Shown here: piece by piece, positions 29,958 through 39,678 of the stretch
Layout of the letters: each line of letters begins with the position of its first letter
Position numbering within the stretch: the first letter of the stretch is position 1
Origin: an uncultured Aquiluna sp.
GTDB taxonomy: Bacteria > Actinomycetota > Actinomycetes > Actinomycetales > Microbacteriaceae
NCBI GenBank assembly: GCA_913775595.1
Contig: CAJYLB010000001.1
Location: 930,001 to 994,000 of the forward strand
Direction of reading: 5' to 3'
DNA length: 64,000 nucleotides
Notes under the pieces: model-generated
The model's database searches: none
Told to the model about the DNA's origin: nothing
What the model saw: the letters and a program-made list of their open reading frames with translations, nothing else
Position numbers and translations under genes: made by a program

Positions 29958-31418
29958 TGCGTATAGCTTATTTGGGCGGTGCTTGGCCCGCAAGTCCTTT
30001 TTGACCTTGTTCTTATTTGGGGCATCAAACCGTGAGTCTCCAAAGTCCAAGGAGTCGACAACAGGTGGCGGGGCAATAGGTCCTGCAAGCTCCTCAATCA
30101 ACTTGTCGCCTGGGAAGACCTGGTGGAAGATCGCTTCGCGATCTGCCATCTTCATGATGGTCTCGACCTTTCTAGTTCTGCCAACCGGAACAATCGACAC
30201 CACGCTGCCGCTTCGGCCAGCGCGGCCGGTTCTTCCGGCTCTGTGGAGGTAAGTCTTGTAGTCCTCGGGGAGATCAAGCTGCACAACCAACTTCACGTCA
30301 TCGACGTGAATACCTCTGGCGGCAACGTCTGTTGCAATCATGACCCTTGCCGCTCCCTTAGTGAAGCGCTCAAGGTTTCGGGTTCGCTGGGCTTGATTCA
30401 GGTCTCCATGCAGCCTTGCCGTTGGAACCCCAGCGTCATTTAGTGACTGGGCAAGAGCCTCTGCAGTCTGCTTGGTGCGGACAAAGACAATGCTCTTGCC
30501 TGAGCCCTGGACTAGACGGTGGAAAACCTTCGAGCGGTGACCAGGCTCGATGACCAAAACAATGTGGTCGATGTCCGAGGTCTCTTGGACCTCTCCTGGC
30601 ACCTCATAGACAAAAGGCGACGGCATGAACTTGCGCACAAGTGCCGATACCTCTTTATCCAGGGTTGCAGAGAACAGTAGCTTCTGGCTCTCGCCGGTCT
30701 GCTCCAAGATTCGGGTCACTGGCTCAATAAAACCAAGGTCGCACATGTGGTCGGCCTCATCAACTACCACCTGGGTGCAGTCGGAGAGATCTACCAGCCC
30801 CTGGCGAATAAGGTCTTCTAGCCTGCCGGGAGTGGCAATGGCAATGTCGACTCCGCGCTTGAGCGCCTGCTCCTGCTTGAACTGAGAGACGCCGCCATAA
30901 ATAGTGGTCGTAAAGAAACCAACCGACTTGGCAATCGGGCCAAGGGTCTTGTTGATCTGCTCAGCGAGTTCTCTGGTTGGTGCAAGAACCAGCGCCCTCG
31001 GCTTACCCGGTACTCGGGTTTGGTTGCCGCCTGCTGCAAGCTTCACAACAAGTGGAACACCAAAGGCAATGGTCTTGCCGCTACCGGTCTTACCCCTACC
31101 TAGAACATGCTTGCCTTCGATTGCGGCGGGGATGGTTGCGGCTTGGATTGGGAACGGACTTACTGCTCCCTGTTTTGCAAGCTCTTGGGTGATGCGCTCT
31201 GGCAGCTCCATATCTTGAAAAGTTGCAAAGCTAGCGTGCTGAGTGGTTGATTCAAACCGCTCCTGCTTTTCAAAAGTTGGCTTTGCGGTCCTTGCCTTCG
31301 GGCTTTGACCCTGAGGCTTAGAGGCCTTGTGGCGAGGTTTGTAGTCGCCACGCTTTGAGGCGTAGCCTCTGCGGCCATTGGTTTTCGTAGGCGCGGCAGA
31401 AAATGATTTGTTTGACAT
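29928..31418 (-). CDS. DEAD-box RNA helicase
   Basis: Q motif FPIQ, GKTGSGKT, PTRELA, TPGRL, DEAD, SAT, ARGIH, HRAGRTGR. Start ATG 31418 preferred over the upstream TTG. Confidence 0.93.
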   Translation of the reverse strand: MSNKSFSAAPTKTNGRRGYASKRGDYKPRHKASKPQGQSPKARTAKPTFEKQERFESTTQHASFATFQDMELPERITQELAKQGAVSPFPIQAATIPAAIEGKHVLGRGKTGSGKTIAFGVPLVVKLAAGGNQTRVPGKPRALVLAPTRELAEQINKTLGPIAKSVGFFTTTIYGGVSQFKQEQALKRGVDIAIATPGRLEDLIRQGLVDLSDCTQVVVDEADHMCDLGFIEPVTRILEQTGESQKLLFSATLDKEVSALVRKFMPSPFVYEVPGEVQETSDIDHIVLVIEPGHRSKVFHRLVQGSGKSIVFVRTKQTAEALAQSLNDAGVPTARLHGDLNQAQRTRNLERFTKGAARVMIATDVAARGIHVDDVKLVVQLDLPEDYKTYLHRAGRTGRAGRSGSVVSIVPVGRTRKVETIMKMADREAIFHQVFPGDKLIEELAGPIAPPPVVDSLDFGDSRFDAPNKNKVKKDLRAKHRPNKLYAAKDRRSRSR

Positions 31419-31506
31419 CTTTGGGGGGTTATCTCTCTTTGGTGAAACCGGAGAGCCCGACATCACATGTCTCAAGCCTAGGGGCTTTGCCCCCAAAAGG
31501 ATAGTG

Positions 31507-31758
31507 CTAGCTGATTAGGCCGCGAACCTTCAGCTCTGCGTGGAGTATGGCATCAGAAGGCTCCACCAGGTGCGTGCCGTCCTTGAACCTGATCACTGGA
31601 ATGTTGGTTCTGCCTGAAATCTCTTGCGCCTTGTCGGCATTCTCCTTGCTCTGCTCAACATCAAACTCGTCGTACTGAACCTCAAGGGTGTCAAGGAGTG
31701 ACTTCGAACGGCGGCAATCGCCACACCACTGTGCTCCGTAGTACTCAACCTCAGCCAT
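31507..31758 (-). CDS. Glutaredoxin-family protein (mycoredoxin/NrdH-redoxin-like)
   Basis: WCGDC, GRTNIPVI, LVEPS. Confidence 0.8.
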   Translation of the reverse strand: MAEVEYYGAQWCGDCRRSKSLLDTLEVQYDEFDVEQSKENADKAQEISGRTNIPVIRFKDGTHLVEPSDAILHAELKVRGLIS

Positions 31759-31760
31759 GG

Positions 31761-32402
31761 TTACCTCAATCTGTTGCTATCTGGTATTTCTAATTCGCCA
31801 GTTGAAAATCTAATTCCTTCAAGCGAAGACACAACAACGTTTGCCTCTGTCTCCATGGCAGCATGGCCAACGCCCATCACTGCAAATGCTCCCGCTGCAA
31901 TGCCTGCTCTGATACCAGAGGGCGCATCTTCAAAGACCACGCACTCAGCAATTGGGATTCCTAGATTCTGAGCCCCTTTTAGATACGGCTCTGGGTTTGG
32001 CTTGCCGCTGGTGACATCGTCGGCGCTAACTAGCTCAGCCGGAACAGGCAGGCCAGCAGCTTGCAGCCTTCCCTCTCCAAGCTGTCTCCCTGCAGAGGTG
32101 ACAACGGTCCAGGTTCCAGGCTGCAGTTGGGCTAGGAGCTCGCGAGCGCCGGGCATGGGTTTGGTGGTTTTCGTTAGCTCTAGCTCAAGCCTGTTGATTT
32201 CATCAAGTGCTTCCTGGAAGAGCTCCTCTGTCACCAGATCTCTCACAATTTCGCTGGCTGGTCTGCCGTGGTGCGCGTAGGTCAACTTGAACTCGGGTGC
32301 GTAAGTTTTTGCCCACTCTCCCCAGGAGCCATCTACCGAACCCATTGAATCGACCAGCACTCCGTCGTTATCGAAGAGTAGGCCGGAAGCCTGAAAAATC
32401 AT
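31761..32402 (-). CDS. HAD-superfamily sugar phosphatase
   Basis: FDNDGVLVDS, VVTSA, GKPNPEPY, FEDAPSG. Confidence 0.88.
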   Translation of the reverse strand: MIFQASGLLFDNDGVLVDSMGSVDGSWGEWAKTYAPEFKLTYAHHGRPASEIVRDLVTEELFQEALDEINRLELELTKTTKPMPGARELLAQLQPGTWTVVTSAGRQLGEGRLQAAGLPVPAELVSADDVTSGKPNPEPYLKGAQNLGIPIAECVVFEDAPSGIRAGIAAGAFAVMGVGHAAMETEANVVVSSLEGIRFSTGELEIPDSNRLR

Positions 32403-33437
32403 CTAGTTCGTCTTAGCTTCCTCGTTGCGAATAACGATGGTGCGGTAGATGCCCCACTCAGCAAGAAGCAGCAAAAGTATCGGTGGCAACATGTCCTCAA
32501 TTAGCCAACCGATGGAGGGCGCAACGAGCGTTCTCTCAAAGTTGTAGACCTCTTTGCCATCAACCATGTCCATGCGGTCGGTGTATTCAATCAGGCTATC
32601 TACCCCGGCAAAGCCTAGAGAGAAAGCCATGATCAACACCACAACCCCGAAAACAATAGAAAGAACGAAGTTGAGGTTCACCGCTGCCACACCACTCTTG
32701 CGCTCTCTCGGTGGCAGCGCCCTTGCCGACTTAGCCCGAGCGGCGAAGGTGGTGCCGAGAATTATCGAGATCCCGATGATGGCCTGAATTATGACCCAGA
32801 TCCATGCGTCCAAAGAGGTCTTCGTGATGTCGTAAACCGTGAGCCCAAAGATGATTGCAATTGCGGTGCCGATAACTGGAACCGCATATGCAAGGCCAAC
32901 GGCCCTCTGCAGCTTTGCCCGGTCTTCGTCTTTTTCGCCCTCTGGGATATCGGGTGCATTTTTTCTAAAAACAAAGGCAGATAGCAGGGTATAAACAACC
33001 AAAGCCGTTGCCAGAACAATGGGCAGATATACGTTTACAAGCCTCATCCAAATAGGTTCGTCGCGCATGTCGTAGCTGTTCCAAGCACCAAGGAAGTTGC
33101 CGACCCCAAAGACAGCTCCCGCGACCAACGAGAGAATCACGGCGAGGTTTGTAAACCTGTGGGCAGATTTTGATAGCGGGTGCTCCCAGCTGACTCGGAG
33201 GCTCACCGCACTATGCAAAGACCTCAGCGCCACCAGCGCGAACACTGTTATCCCGGCAAGAAAGATGTAGATCTGCCACTGGATTGAAGCGTCTGGATAG
33301 ATTGGTCCATCCTCTGCCCATTGGGTGTCGGGGGCAACCATGTCAACATAGCTGCCGGCCATAAACAGGACCCAGGTGAGGATTAGTGCAAGGAGAGGGT
33401 TGCGTATTGAACGCTTCGCAGTTGCGATTTGAGCCAT
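32403..33437 (-). CDS. Multi-pass membrane protein of unknown function
   Basis: About 8 hydrophobic segments; abuts the HAD gene; TAGGCT -10 hexamer 6 nt before ATG. Confidence 0.75.
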   Translation of the reverse strand: MAQIATAKRSIRNPLLALILTWVLFMAGSYVDMVAPDTQWAEDGPIYPDASIQWQIYIFLAGITVFALVALRSLHSAVSLRVSWEHPLSKSAHRFTNLAVILSLVAGAVFGVGNFLGAWNSYDMRDEPIWMRLVNVYLPIVLATALVVYTLLSAFVFRKNAPDIPEGEKDEDRAKLQRAVGLAYAVPVIGTAIAIIFGLTVYDITKTSLDAWIWVIIQAIIGISIILGTTFAARAKSARALPPRERKSGVAAVNLNFVLSIVFGVVVLIMAFSLGFAGVDSLIEYTDRMDMVDGKEVYNFERTLVAPSIGWLIEDMLPPILLLLLAEWGIYRTIVIRNEEAKTN

Positions 33438-33459
33438 ACCTAAAGCCTAGACTTGCGGC

Positions 33460-34431
33460 ATGATTTTGGTAATTGGCGAGGCACTGATTGACCTAATTGG
33501 CGAAGAAGGCTCAGGTGGCCATTACACCGCAGTAGTTGGCGGAGCCAATGCCAATGTCGCGCTTGCTCTTGCCCTTAGAGGCGAGGGGCAACGCTTCTTG
33601 GGTCGAATCTCAAAAGATGGCTTCGGAAGGCAGATTGCCAATCACCTCTCATCGCAGGGCGTGGATCTATCGCTTTCAATAGATGCGGAGGAACAAACCA
33701 CTCTTGCGGTTGCAACCATTGATACCGCCGGCGTTGCCTCCTACTCCTTCTATACAAAAGACACTGCCGACTGGGGCTGGACTCCCAGTGAGCTACCCGA
33801 TTTGGATTTGGTTACCTCTTTGAATACCCAAGCCATTCAATACGGCTGCCTTGGTATGGCTATTGGCCCGGGAAACCTAGTAATTGAGGCCTGGCTGAGG
33901 GAGTTTTTTGACAAGGACCTGCTAACGCTCTCGCATGATCTAAACATTCGTCCGGCCCTTGGCTTCGAAAGAGAAGCTGAGCTGGCGCGAGTCCTGAGAG
34001 TCAATGGCCAAAGTCACATCATCAAGGCCTCGGATGCTGACATCGAGTGGCTATATGGTCTAGAGCCAGGCGCCGAATTAGGTGAAATTGCCGCTGGATG
34101 GTCTAAGGGGAAGCTCGTTGTAGTAACCAAGGGGCCAGATGGGGTAAGCCTCTACCGAGACGGTGTGCGACTCGATGCACCTGGACACAAGGTGAACCTT
34201 GTCGACACCGTTGGTGCAGGAGATACGTTTATGGCCAACTTCTTGGGAGAGCTTAGGCTCCTCGACGCTCTTGGCGGCAATCCCCTGTCACGGCTTTCGC
34301 GACTGAGTGATCAAGACCTAATCCAAGCCGCACTGACTGCTAACGCAGCAGCGGCGATTGTTTGTGAGAGGCAAGGCTGCCAGCCACCTACCCTGCAGGA
34401 GACTCGCTCACGAGCTCTAGAGTCGTTGTGA
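33460..34431 (+). CDS. PfkB family carbohydrate kinase (fructokinase-like)
   Basis: IGEALIDL, GGANANVA, DLNIRP, VDTVGAGDTF. Confidence 0.9.
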   Translation: MILVIGEALIDLIGEEGSGGHYTAVVGGANANVALALALRGEGQRFLGRISKDGFGRQIANHLSSQGVDLSLSIDAEEQTTLAVATIDTAGVASYSFYTKDTADWGWTPSELPDLDLVTSLNTQAIQYGCLGMAIGPGNLVIEAWLREFFDKDLLTLSHDLNIRPALGFEREAELARVLRVNGQSHIIKASDADIEWLYGLEPGAELGEIAAGWSKGKLVVVTKGPDGVSLYRDGVRLDAPGHKVNLVDTVGAGDTFMANFLGELRLLDALGGNPLSRLSRLSDQDLIQAALTANAAAAIVCERQGCQPPTLQETRSRALESL

Positions 34432-36136
34432 TTTCGGCCGTGAGCAGCACACCGTCATCGACATTCTCGAGCTTGTGCCACGCGCTCAACTGATCAAGGA
34501 GCTTCTTCCCCGCGGCCTCGCTCAGGTTAGCTAATGGTGTCCCGTTATTCCAGACCGAAAGCTGCAGGCCCAGCTCAGAAGCGTTGACTTGAAGCCTTAC
34601 TAAAGTTGCCTCGCCGTGCTTCACCGCATTGGTGACCGCCTCGCGCAAAACCTCAAACACGCACCTAGCGATGCCCTCGTCCTTTTCGAGAAGTGATCTC
34701 GCCTTGCTCCCGATTTCGACCTCTATCTCAAGGGTTCCCTCCCAAAGAACTTGGAGGTCATCAACAAGCTTCTCAAAAGAGGAGCCGTCCAGGTAGTCGG
34801 ACTGATCGAGCCGATTCAAGCTCTCTCTAATTTCAACAATTAGTTCGGTTATCTTCTCCGAGTCCCCCGCTCCCATTTTCGAGATGGTCTTTGAAAGGGC
34901 CGTAAGTTTTGACTGGATTGAGCCGTGGAGCTCAAGGGCCAAGTTTCGTTGCCTGAGCCATATCTGCTGACGCAGCCGAGCATTTACAGTGCCAAGTTCG
35001 GTCAAAACTATGGCTAGCTCATCCAGCGTTTTGTTCCAGCCGGCATTCAGAAGGCTGAATGCGTATGTCAGCTGTGAGGCAAGGAACACGTAGGAAGATG
35101 CCTGCCAGACCAACGCGTCTGTTGCAGCAAGGCCGAGAGTGACTGCCAGCCAGCCGCCAAAGGCACCCATCACAAGGCCGTGAACACCGTGGAATATTGC
35201 AAGCTGAATCGAGCCAAGCTGCAAGTGTGCAAACTGGCGAATCATTGTGAGGGTGATAAGAACTGGCCCCGCGGCCGCTGCGACAGTGAGCACGCCTTGG
35301 GAAAGATTTGAGGCAACTATCTGGGCATTGAGGCTGACCGTCAAAAGGATGATCGCAAAGAACCAAATCCTGAAACTTTCTGCAACCGCGATCTTGTCCG
35401 GAAAGGACAGGCGGCTTCTTGATGTGAAGGGCGCTCTCTCAACTTGGCTGAGCGACTGCGTCTGAACGAGCTCTTGAGAAACGGGCCGAACGACGTCGTT
35501 GGTAATGCCTTCCAGCCTGATAAGCGCCTGACGATACTCAACCTGGCTTGGTGATTTCTCAAAAAGCTTTTGCAGCTCCCACATCGCAGGAGTCAACAAC
35601 TGAGTCACTCGATCCCGCTGACGCTGGGTCGCTGCGTTCACTCTTTCTCTGTAGCCGGCGCGAAGCTGGGCTAGCTCCATTCGCTCTTGTTCAAGCTCTC
35701 TAAGTTTTCTTCTAAATTCCAGGTAGCTCTCCACCACCGCATTGGAGGAGAAATATGCCGAGATTACAAATACTGGACCGCCAACAAGCCGAAAAAACAC
35801 CTCGGAACCCTCCAGTGAAAAAAGCCCTAGGGCTGACCCCAGCAGCAAAATGGTTAGCCCTCTAAGAAACCCCGCGATTCCAAGGATTCCGATGGCAGCC
35901 GGCCAACGTCTGGACTTCTGTCCTCTGTAGAGCCTCGCGGCCAACTCGATTGTTACTGCAGTGGTGGCATATCCGAGAGTGCCAACCCAGAACCAGAGAA
36001 GCGGATCCCCGCCAAAACGCTCCTGTTCAAAGAGCGCCGCCGTCAAATACGCCGGGATTGCAAACACCAGATGGTTTCGCCAATTGAAGACGGTTTCCGA
36101 CTCTAGGGAGGAGGAAGGCCTGGCGAGTTCAGTCAA
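34388..36136 (-). CDS. Membrane-bound NarX/HisKA_3-type sensor histidine kinase (divergent)
   Basis: LALELHGSIQ H-box, REAVTNAVKHG N-box, many TM helices; downstream of the response regulator. Confidence 0.7.
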   Translation of the reverse strand: MTELARPSSSLESETVFNWRNHLVFAIPAYLTAALFEQERFGGDPLLWFWVGTLGYATTAVTIELAARLYRGQKSRRWPAAIGILGIAGFLRGLTILLLGSALGLFSLEGSEVFFRLVGGPVFVISAYFSSNAVVESYLEFRRKLRELEQERMELAQLRAGYRERVNAATQRQRDRVTQLLTPAMWELQKLFEKSPSQVEYRQALIRLEGITNDVVRPVSQELVQTQSLSQVERAPFTSRSRLSFPDKIAVAESFRIWFFAIILLTVSLNAQIVASNLSQGVLTVAAAAGPVLITLTMIRQFAHLQLGSIQLAIFHGVHGLVMGAFGGWLAVTLGLAATDALVWQASSYVFLASQLTYAFSLLNAGWNKTLDELAIVLTELGTVNARLRQQIWLRQRNLALELHGSIQSKLTALSKTISKMGAGDSEKITELIVEIRESLNRLDQSDYLDGSSFEKLVDDLQVLWEGTLEIEVEIGSKARSLLEKDEGIARCVFEVLREAVTNAVKHGEATLVRLQVNASELGLQLSVWNNGTPLANLSEAAGKKLLDQLSAWHKLENVDDGVLLTAEITTTLELVSESPAG

Positions 36137-36138
36137 GG

Positions 36139-36819
36139 CTAACCGGCCGAGAGCTTGTGGAACTTGCTCGATGCCTCAACCCTTGCGTTGCTCCCCTTGG
36201 GGTCAATCCCGAGAACCTCAAATATTCGCGAAAGCATTGACTCCACAGCCCTAGTTGAGGTGCCACGGATATCGGCAATCTGCTGATTCGTCTTTCCCTC
36301 GGCAACGAGCCTGAGGGTGGCAATCTGACGCTGAGAGAGGTTGGCGAAGGGGCGATTTGAGGAGAGGTCGTGGCGGTATTGCTTAGTGACCCTGTCCCGA
36401 AGTACTGCCTCTAGGGCCTCCAGGAGCTCCGCTGTTGACTCAATAGCGCCCTTGCGAATGTAGGCCTGGTTCTTGGTTACCTTCCGCGGCTCGCCTTGGC
36501 CAAATCTCGGGTCGGGGAGATTAGTCAAAAAGACAACCCCAATGTCTGGCCTCTGACGCGAGATGACCTCGGCTAAATCGAGACCACTAGGTCCCGGGCC
36601 AAGCTCGATGTCAACAACTAGGGCATCTGGGTCAACGGATTTGATCGCGCGCTTTGCATCGGTCGCGTTTGCTGCGGTCGTGACTACGAAGCCGCTAGCT
36701 TCGATGGATTTAGCAATTAGGTCGCGAAGCAGCGGCTCGTCCTCGACAAGCAGAACATGCCGGGTTGCGATACCTACCTCTTTTGAGCCCACAGGTTCAG
36801 TCTGGACTGCCAAAAACAT
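36139..36819 (-). CDS. NarL/LuxR family response regulator
   Basis: LLVEDE, VVDIELG, VFLT receiver motifs; LSQRQIATLRLVAEGKTNQQIA HTH. Start uncertain. Confidence 0.88.
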   Translation of the reverse strand: MFLAVQTEPVGSKEVGIATRHVLLVEDEPLLRDLIAKSIEASGFVVTTAANATDAKRAIKSVDPDALVVDIELGPGPSGLDLAEVISRQRPDIGVVFLTNLPDPRFGQGEPRKVTKNQAYIRKGAIESTAELLEALEAVLRDRVTKQYRHDLSSNRPFANLSQRQIATLRLVAEGKTNQQIADIRGTSTRAVESMLSRIFEVLGIDPKGSNARVEASSKFHKLSAG

Positions 36820-36905
36820 AGCTTGAGCATAGTATTCGGATATCCGAAGATTTTCGCGAGGCCGCAATCACGCAAATTGTCTCCCTCTCGTGAAAGCCTT
36901 TAGGG

Positions 36906-38492
36906 GTGAAAAAGCGTGGTAGCCACTGGAGCTTCGACTCAAGAGACCTAATGAGGGCAAAATGCTCACATTGCGTCCGTCTGGCCACCGCAAGAGAGCT
37001 TGATGTCTCAGGAGTGAGGGAGCTCACCGACCAATTCAAGGTTCAGCCAGACAACTTGGCTATTCGCTACGGCATGAGGTTTGAAGAGGATCTTGAAAAT
37101 GAGCTAATCGCCAATCTCGGTGACAAAGTGCAAATGCCCGCAGATAGAAACCTTGATTCGACTCTCGAGCTTATGAATGAGGGTGTGCCGGTCATCTACC
37201 AGGGCGTTCTTCAAGGTGGCTCTGGCTCCATGGCATTTTCGGGAAGACCTGACTTCTTGCTCCGAAGTGACTACCGCTTTGAATTCACCTCTTCTGGTTT
37301 GAGCGCAAAGCAGGTAGATGGTTGGTCTGGCGGTTATACCGCATGGGATGCCAAGCTCTCTAGCTCACCCAAGCCCGAGTATCAGAACCAGGTGGGGCTG
37401 TATGCGGACGTACTAAAAGAGCTTGGTTACCTGGCCGAAAACAACCACGGTCTCATCCTGGGTTCCAGAGAGCTCGCAACCTTTGGAGCCGATGCGCTCA
37501 TTTCTCAGATGATTGGCGATCGCAATGCCTATCTGAAGAAGGTCTTTGCGTTCATAGACGAAGACCCACAGCGAGTAGAGGACATTGGGGCTCTAATTTG
37601 CGACGCCTCCAGCTACTGCGATATTTGCGAGTATCCGGATCTATGTCAGCACCAAAGAGTTGAGACCAATCACCTGCAGCTTGTTGCCGGGATCACTAGG
37701 CCTCAGATCGAATCGCTCAACAGGGCAGGCACCAAGACAGTTCGCCAGCTAGCAGAAAGAAGCGAACCGACGGACAAGCTCTCTAAAGAGACAGTTGCCA
37801 AGCTCGCAATGCAAGCACGTCTGCAGCAGCACACCTACGACATCGGCGAGCACATTGTTGAGGTGGTGCATCCGGAGGAGCTCCAGAAGCTTCCCCCTGA
37901 GAACGAAGGGGACATATTTTTTGACCTTGAGGGCTTTACGTTCTTTGCCGAACCGGGAGGCCTCGAATACCTCTTTGGCTACACATCAATTGATGGTGGT
38001 GAGAGGTTTCATGCCGACTGGGCCGATACCCGAGAAGAGGAAAAAGAGATCTTCGAAAAGTTCATGCACGATCTGATGAACAGGCTGCAGTCTTATCCCG
38101 ATGCCAAGGTCTATCACTACGCCAACTATGAACAGGCCGCCCTCAAGAAACTCGCCGAGCGCCACGGCTCTTATGAAGCCGAGGTCGCTGAAGTTCTCAA
38201 CGGCGGGGTCTTCATAGATCTCTACAAACTCGTCAAGGCCTCGATCATGATTTCCCAAGAGAGCTACAGCATCAAAAAACTCGAGAACTACTACAGCTTC
38301 GACAGGGCCTCAGAGGTCAAGGAGGCCATGGGGTCGATGGAGTACTACGACCAATACCTAAGTGCTCTCGCAGAGGATAAAGACGCGGCAGAAAACCTAA
38401 AGCGCCAGGTGATTGCATACAACCAAGATGATTGTGCAAGCACGCTGGCGCTTACTAGGTGGCTTAGGTCTTTAGTAAACCGAGACGTCTAG
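36906..38492 (+). CDS. TM0106-family RecB-like nuclease with C-terminal RNase H-like (YprB-type) exonuclease domain
   Basis: GRPDFLL...DAKLS...QVGLY (PD-(D/E)xK); Cys cluster [10 protein letters not shown]; HhH LVAGI; FFDLEG...YSIKKLE...YNQDDC. Confidence 0.85.
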   Translation: MKKRGSHWSFDSRDLMRAKCSHCVRLATARELDVSGVRELTDQFKVQPDNLAIRYGMRFEEDLENELIANLGDKVQMPADRNLDSTLELMNEGVPVIYQGVLQGGSGSMAFSGRPDFLLRSDYRFEFTSSGLSAKQVDGWSGGYTAWDAKLSSSPKPEYQNQVGLYADVLKELGYLAENNHGLILGSRELATFGADALISQMIGDRNAYLKKVFAFIDEDPQRVEDIGALICDASSYCDICEYPDLCQHQRVETNHLQLVAGITRPQIESLNRAGTKTVRQLAERSEPTDKLSKETVAKLAMQARLQQHTYDIGEHIVEVVHPEELQKLPPENEGDIFFDLEGFTFFAEPGGLEYLFGYTSIDGGERFHADWADTREEEKEIFEKFMHDLMNRLQSYPDAKVYHYANYEQAALKKLAERHGSYEAEVAEVLNGGVFIDLYKLVKASIMISQESYSIKKLENYYSFDRASEVKEAMGSMEYYDQYLSALAEDKDAAENLKRQVIAYNQDDCASTLALTRWLRSLVNRDV

Positions 38493-39161
38493 CGGGATGC
38501 CTGGACCAAAAGTGGTCGATACGGCACCCTTCTGAATGTACTTTCCCTTTGAGGTTGCAGGCTTGAGCCTTACTACCTCCTCGATGGCAGCATTCAGGTT
38601 GTCCTTCAGCTGGTCCGCAGAAAAGCTTGCCTTGCCCACAATGAAGTGAAGGTTTGACTGCTTGTCGATACGGAACTCGATCTTTCCGCCCTTGATGTCC
38701 TGGACTGCCTTTGCGGTGTCCATGGTGACGGTTCCGGTCTTTGGGTTAGGCATTAGGTTACGAGGACCCAGGACCTTACCCAGACGTCCAACCTTGCCCA
38801 TTAGATCTGGGGTTGCAACTGCTGAGTCAAAGTCGGTCCAACCGGCCTCAACCTTGGCGATTAGGTCGTCATCGCCGACCTCATCAGCACCGGCTGCCTT
38901 TGCTGCGTCTGCTGCGGCACCTGTAGCAAACACAATCACCTTGGCCGTTTTACCGGTTCCATGAGGGAGGGAAACCGTGCCACGAATCATCTGGTCGGCT
39001 TTTCTTGGGTCAACCCCAAGCTTGAGGGCAACCTCTACGGTTGAGTTCTTCTTCGCGCCCGCGGTCTCAACAGCAAGTGTTGCTGCCTCGGCGGTTGAGT
39101 AGAAGCGACCCTCTTCAATTTTCTTTGCGGCATCCTGATATGCCTTTGAGCGCTTTGCCAT
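38472..39161 (-). CDS. rplA: 50S ribosomal protein L1
   Basis: [40 protein letters not shown]. Confidence 0.98.
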   Translation of the reverse strand: MAKRSKAYQDAAKKIEEGRFYSTAEAATLAVETAGAKKNSTVEVALKLGVDPRKADQMIRGTVSLPHGTGKTAKVIVFATGAAADAAKAAGADEVGDDDLIAKVEAGWTDFDSAVATPDLMGKVGRLGKVLGPRNLMPNPKTGTVTMDTAKAVQDIKGGKIEFRIDKQSNLHFIVGKASFSADQLKDNLNAAIEEVVRLKPATSKGKYIQKGAVSTTFGPGIPLDVSVY

Positions 39162-39184
39162 TCTGCTTTTCCTTTTCGGTCACA

Positions 39185-39222
39185 GTTCGTGGTTTCTGGG
39201 GAAGCGAACCCCTCCCACGAGC
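39185..39222 (-). promoter_or_regulatory. L1-binding autoregulatory hairpin between rplK and rplA
   Basis: Minus strand GCTCGTGG-GAG-GGG ttcgctt CCCC-AGAAA-CCACGAAC: two helices with an asymmetric purine-rich internal loop just before the rplA SD. Confidence 0.65.
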
Positions 39223-39234
39223 TTTATTGGTTGG

Positions 39235-39666
39235 TTACTGGTCGACGGTGATGCCCATGGAGCGGGCGGTTCCGGCGATGATTTTTGAAGCTGCTGCGAG
39301 GTCATTTGCGTTGAGGTCCTTCATCTTGGCCTCAGCAATGGTCTCAACCTGCTGCTTGGTTAGGTGTGCGACTTTGTCGGTGTGAGGGGTAGAACTACCC
39401 TTCTTGACTCCGGCGGCCTTCTTGATTAGCTCGGCAGCTGGTGGGGTCTTGAGGACGAAGTCGAAACTACGGTCTTCATAAACGGTGATCTCCACTGGAA
39501 CAACGTTGCCGCGCTGGTCAGCGGTTGCATTGTTGTAGGCAGTGCAGAACTCCATGATGTTCACGCCGTGCTGACCTAGAGCAGGTCCAATTGGGGGAGC
39601 TGGGTTAGCAGCGCCCGCCTGGATCTGAAGCTTGATCAGTCCGACAGCTTTTTTCTTCGGTGCCAT
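39235..39666 (-). CDS. rplK: 50S ribosomal protein L11
   Basis: [41 protein letters not shown]. Confidence 0.98.
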   Translation of the reverse strand: MAPKKKAVGLIKLQIQAGAANPAPPIGPALGQHGVNIMEFCTAYNNATADQRGNVVPVEITVYEDRSFDFVLKTPPAAELIKKAAGVKKGSSTPHTDKVAHLTKQQVETIAEAKMKDLNANDLAAASKIIAGTARSMGITVDQ

Positions 39667-39678
39667 TTTCTTCTTTCC

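Noticed and set aside
29928..38492. Genes separating rplKA from rplJL as a mobile insertion
   Set aside because: Intervening genes at this position are common in actinobacteria. No mobility genes or terminal repeats.
36906..38492. Cas4 gene of a CRISPR system
   Set aside because: No array or other cas genes. The architecture matches TM0106-type nucleases.
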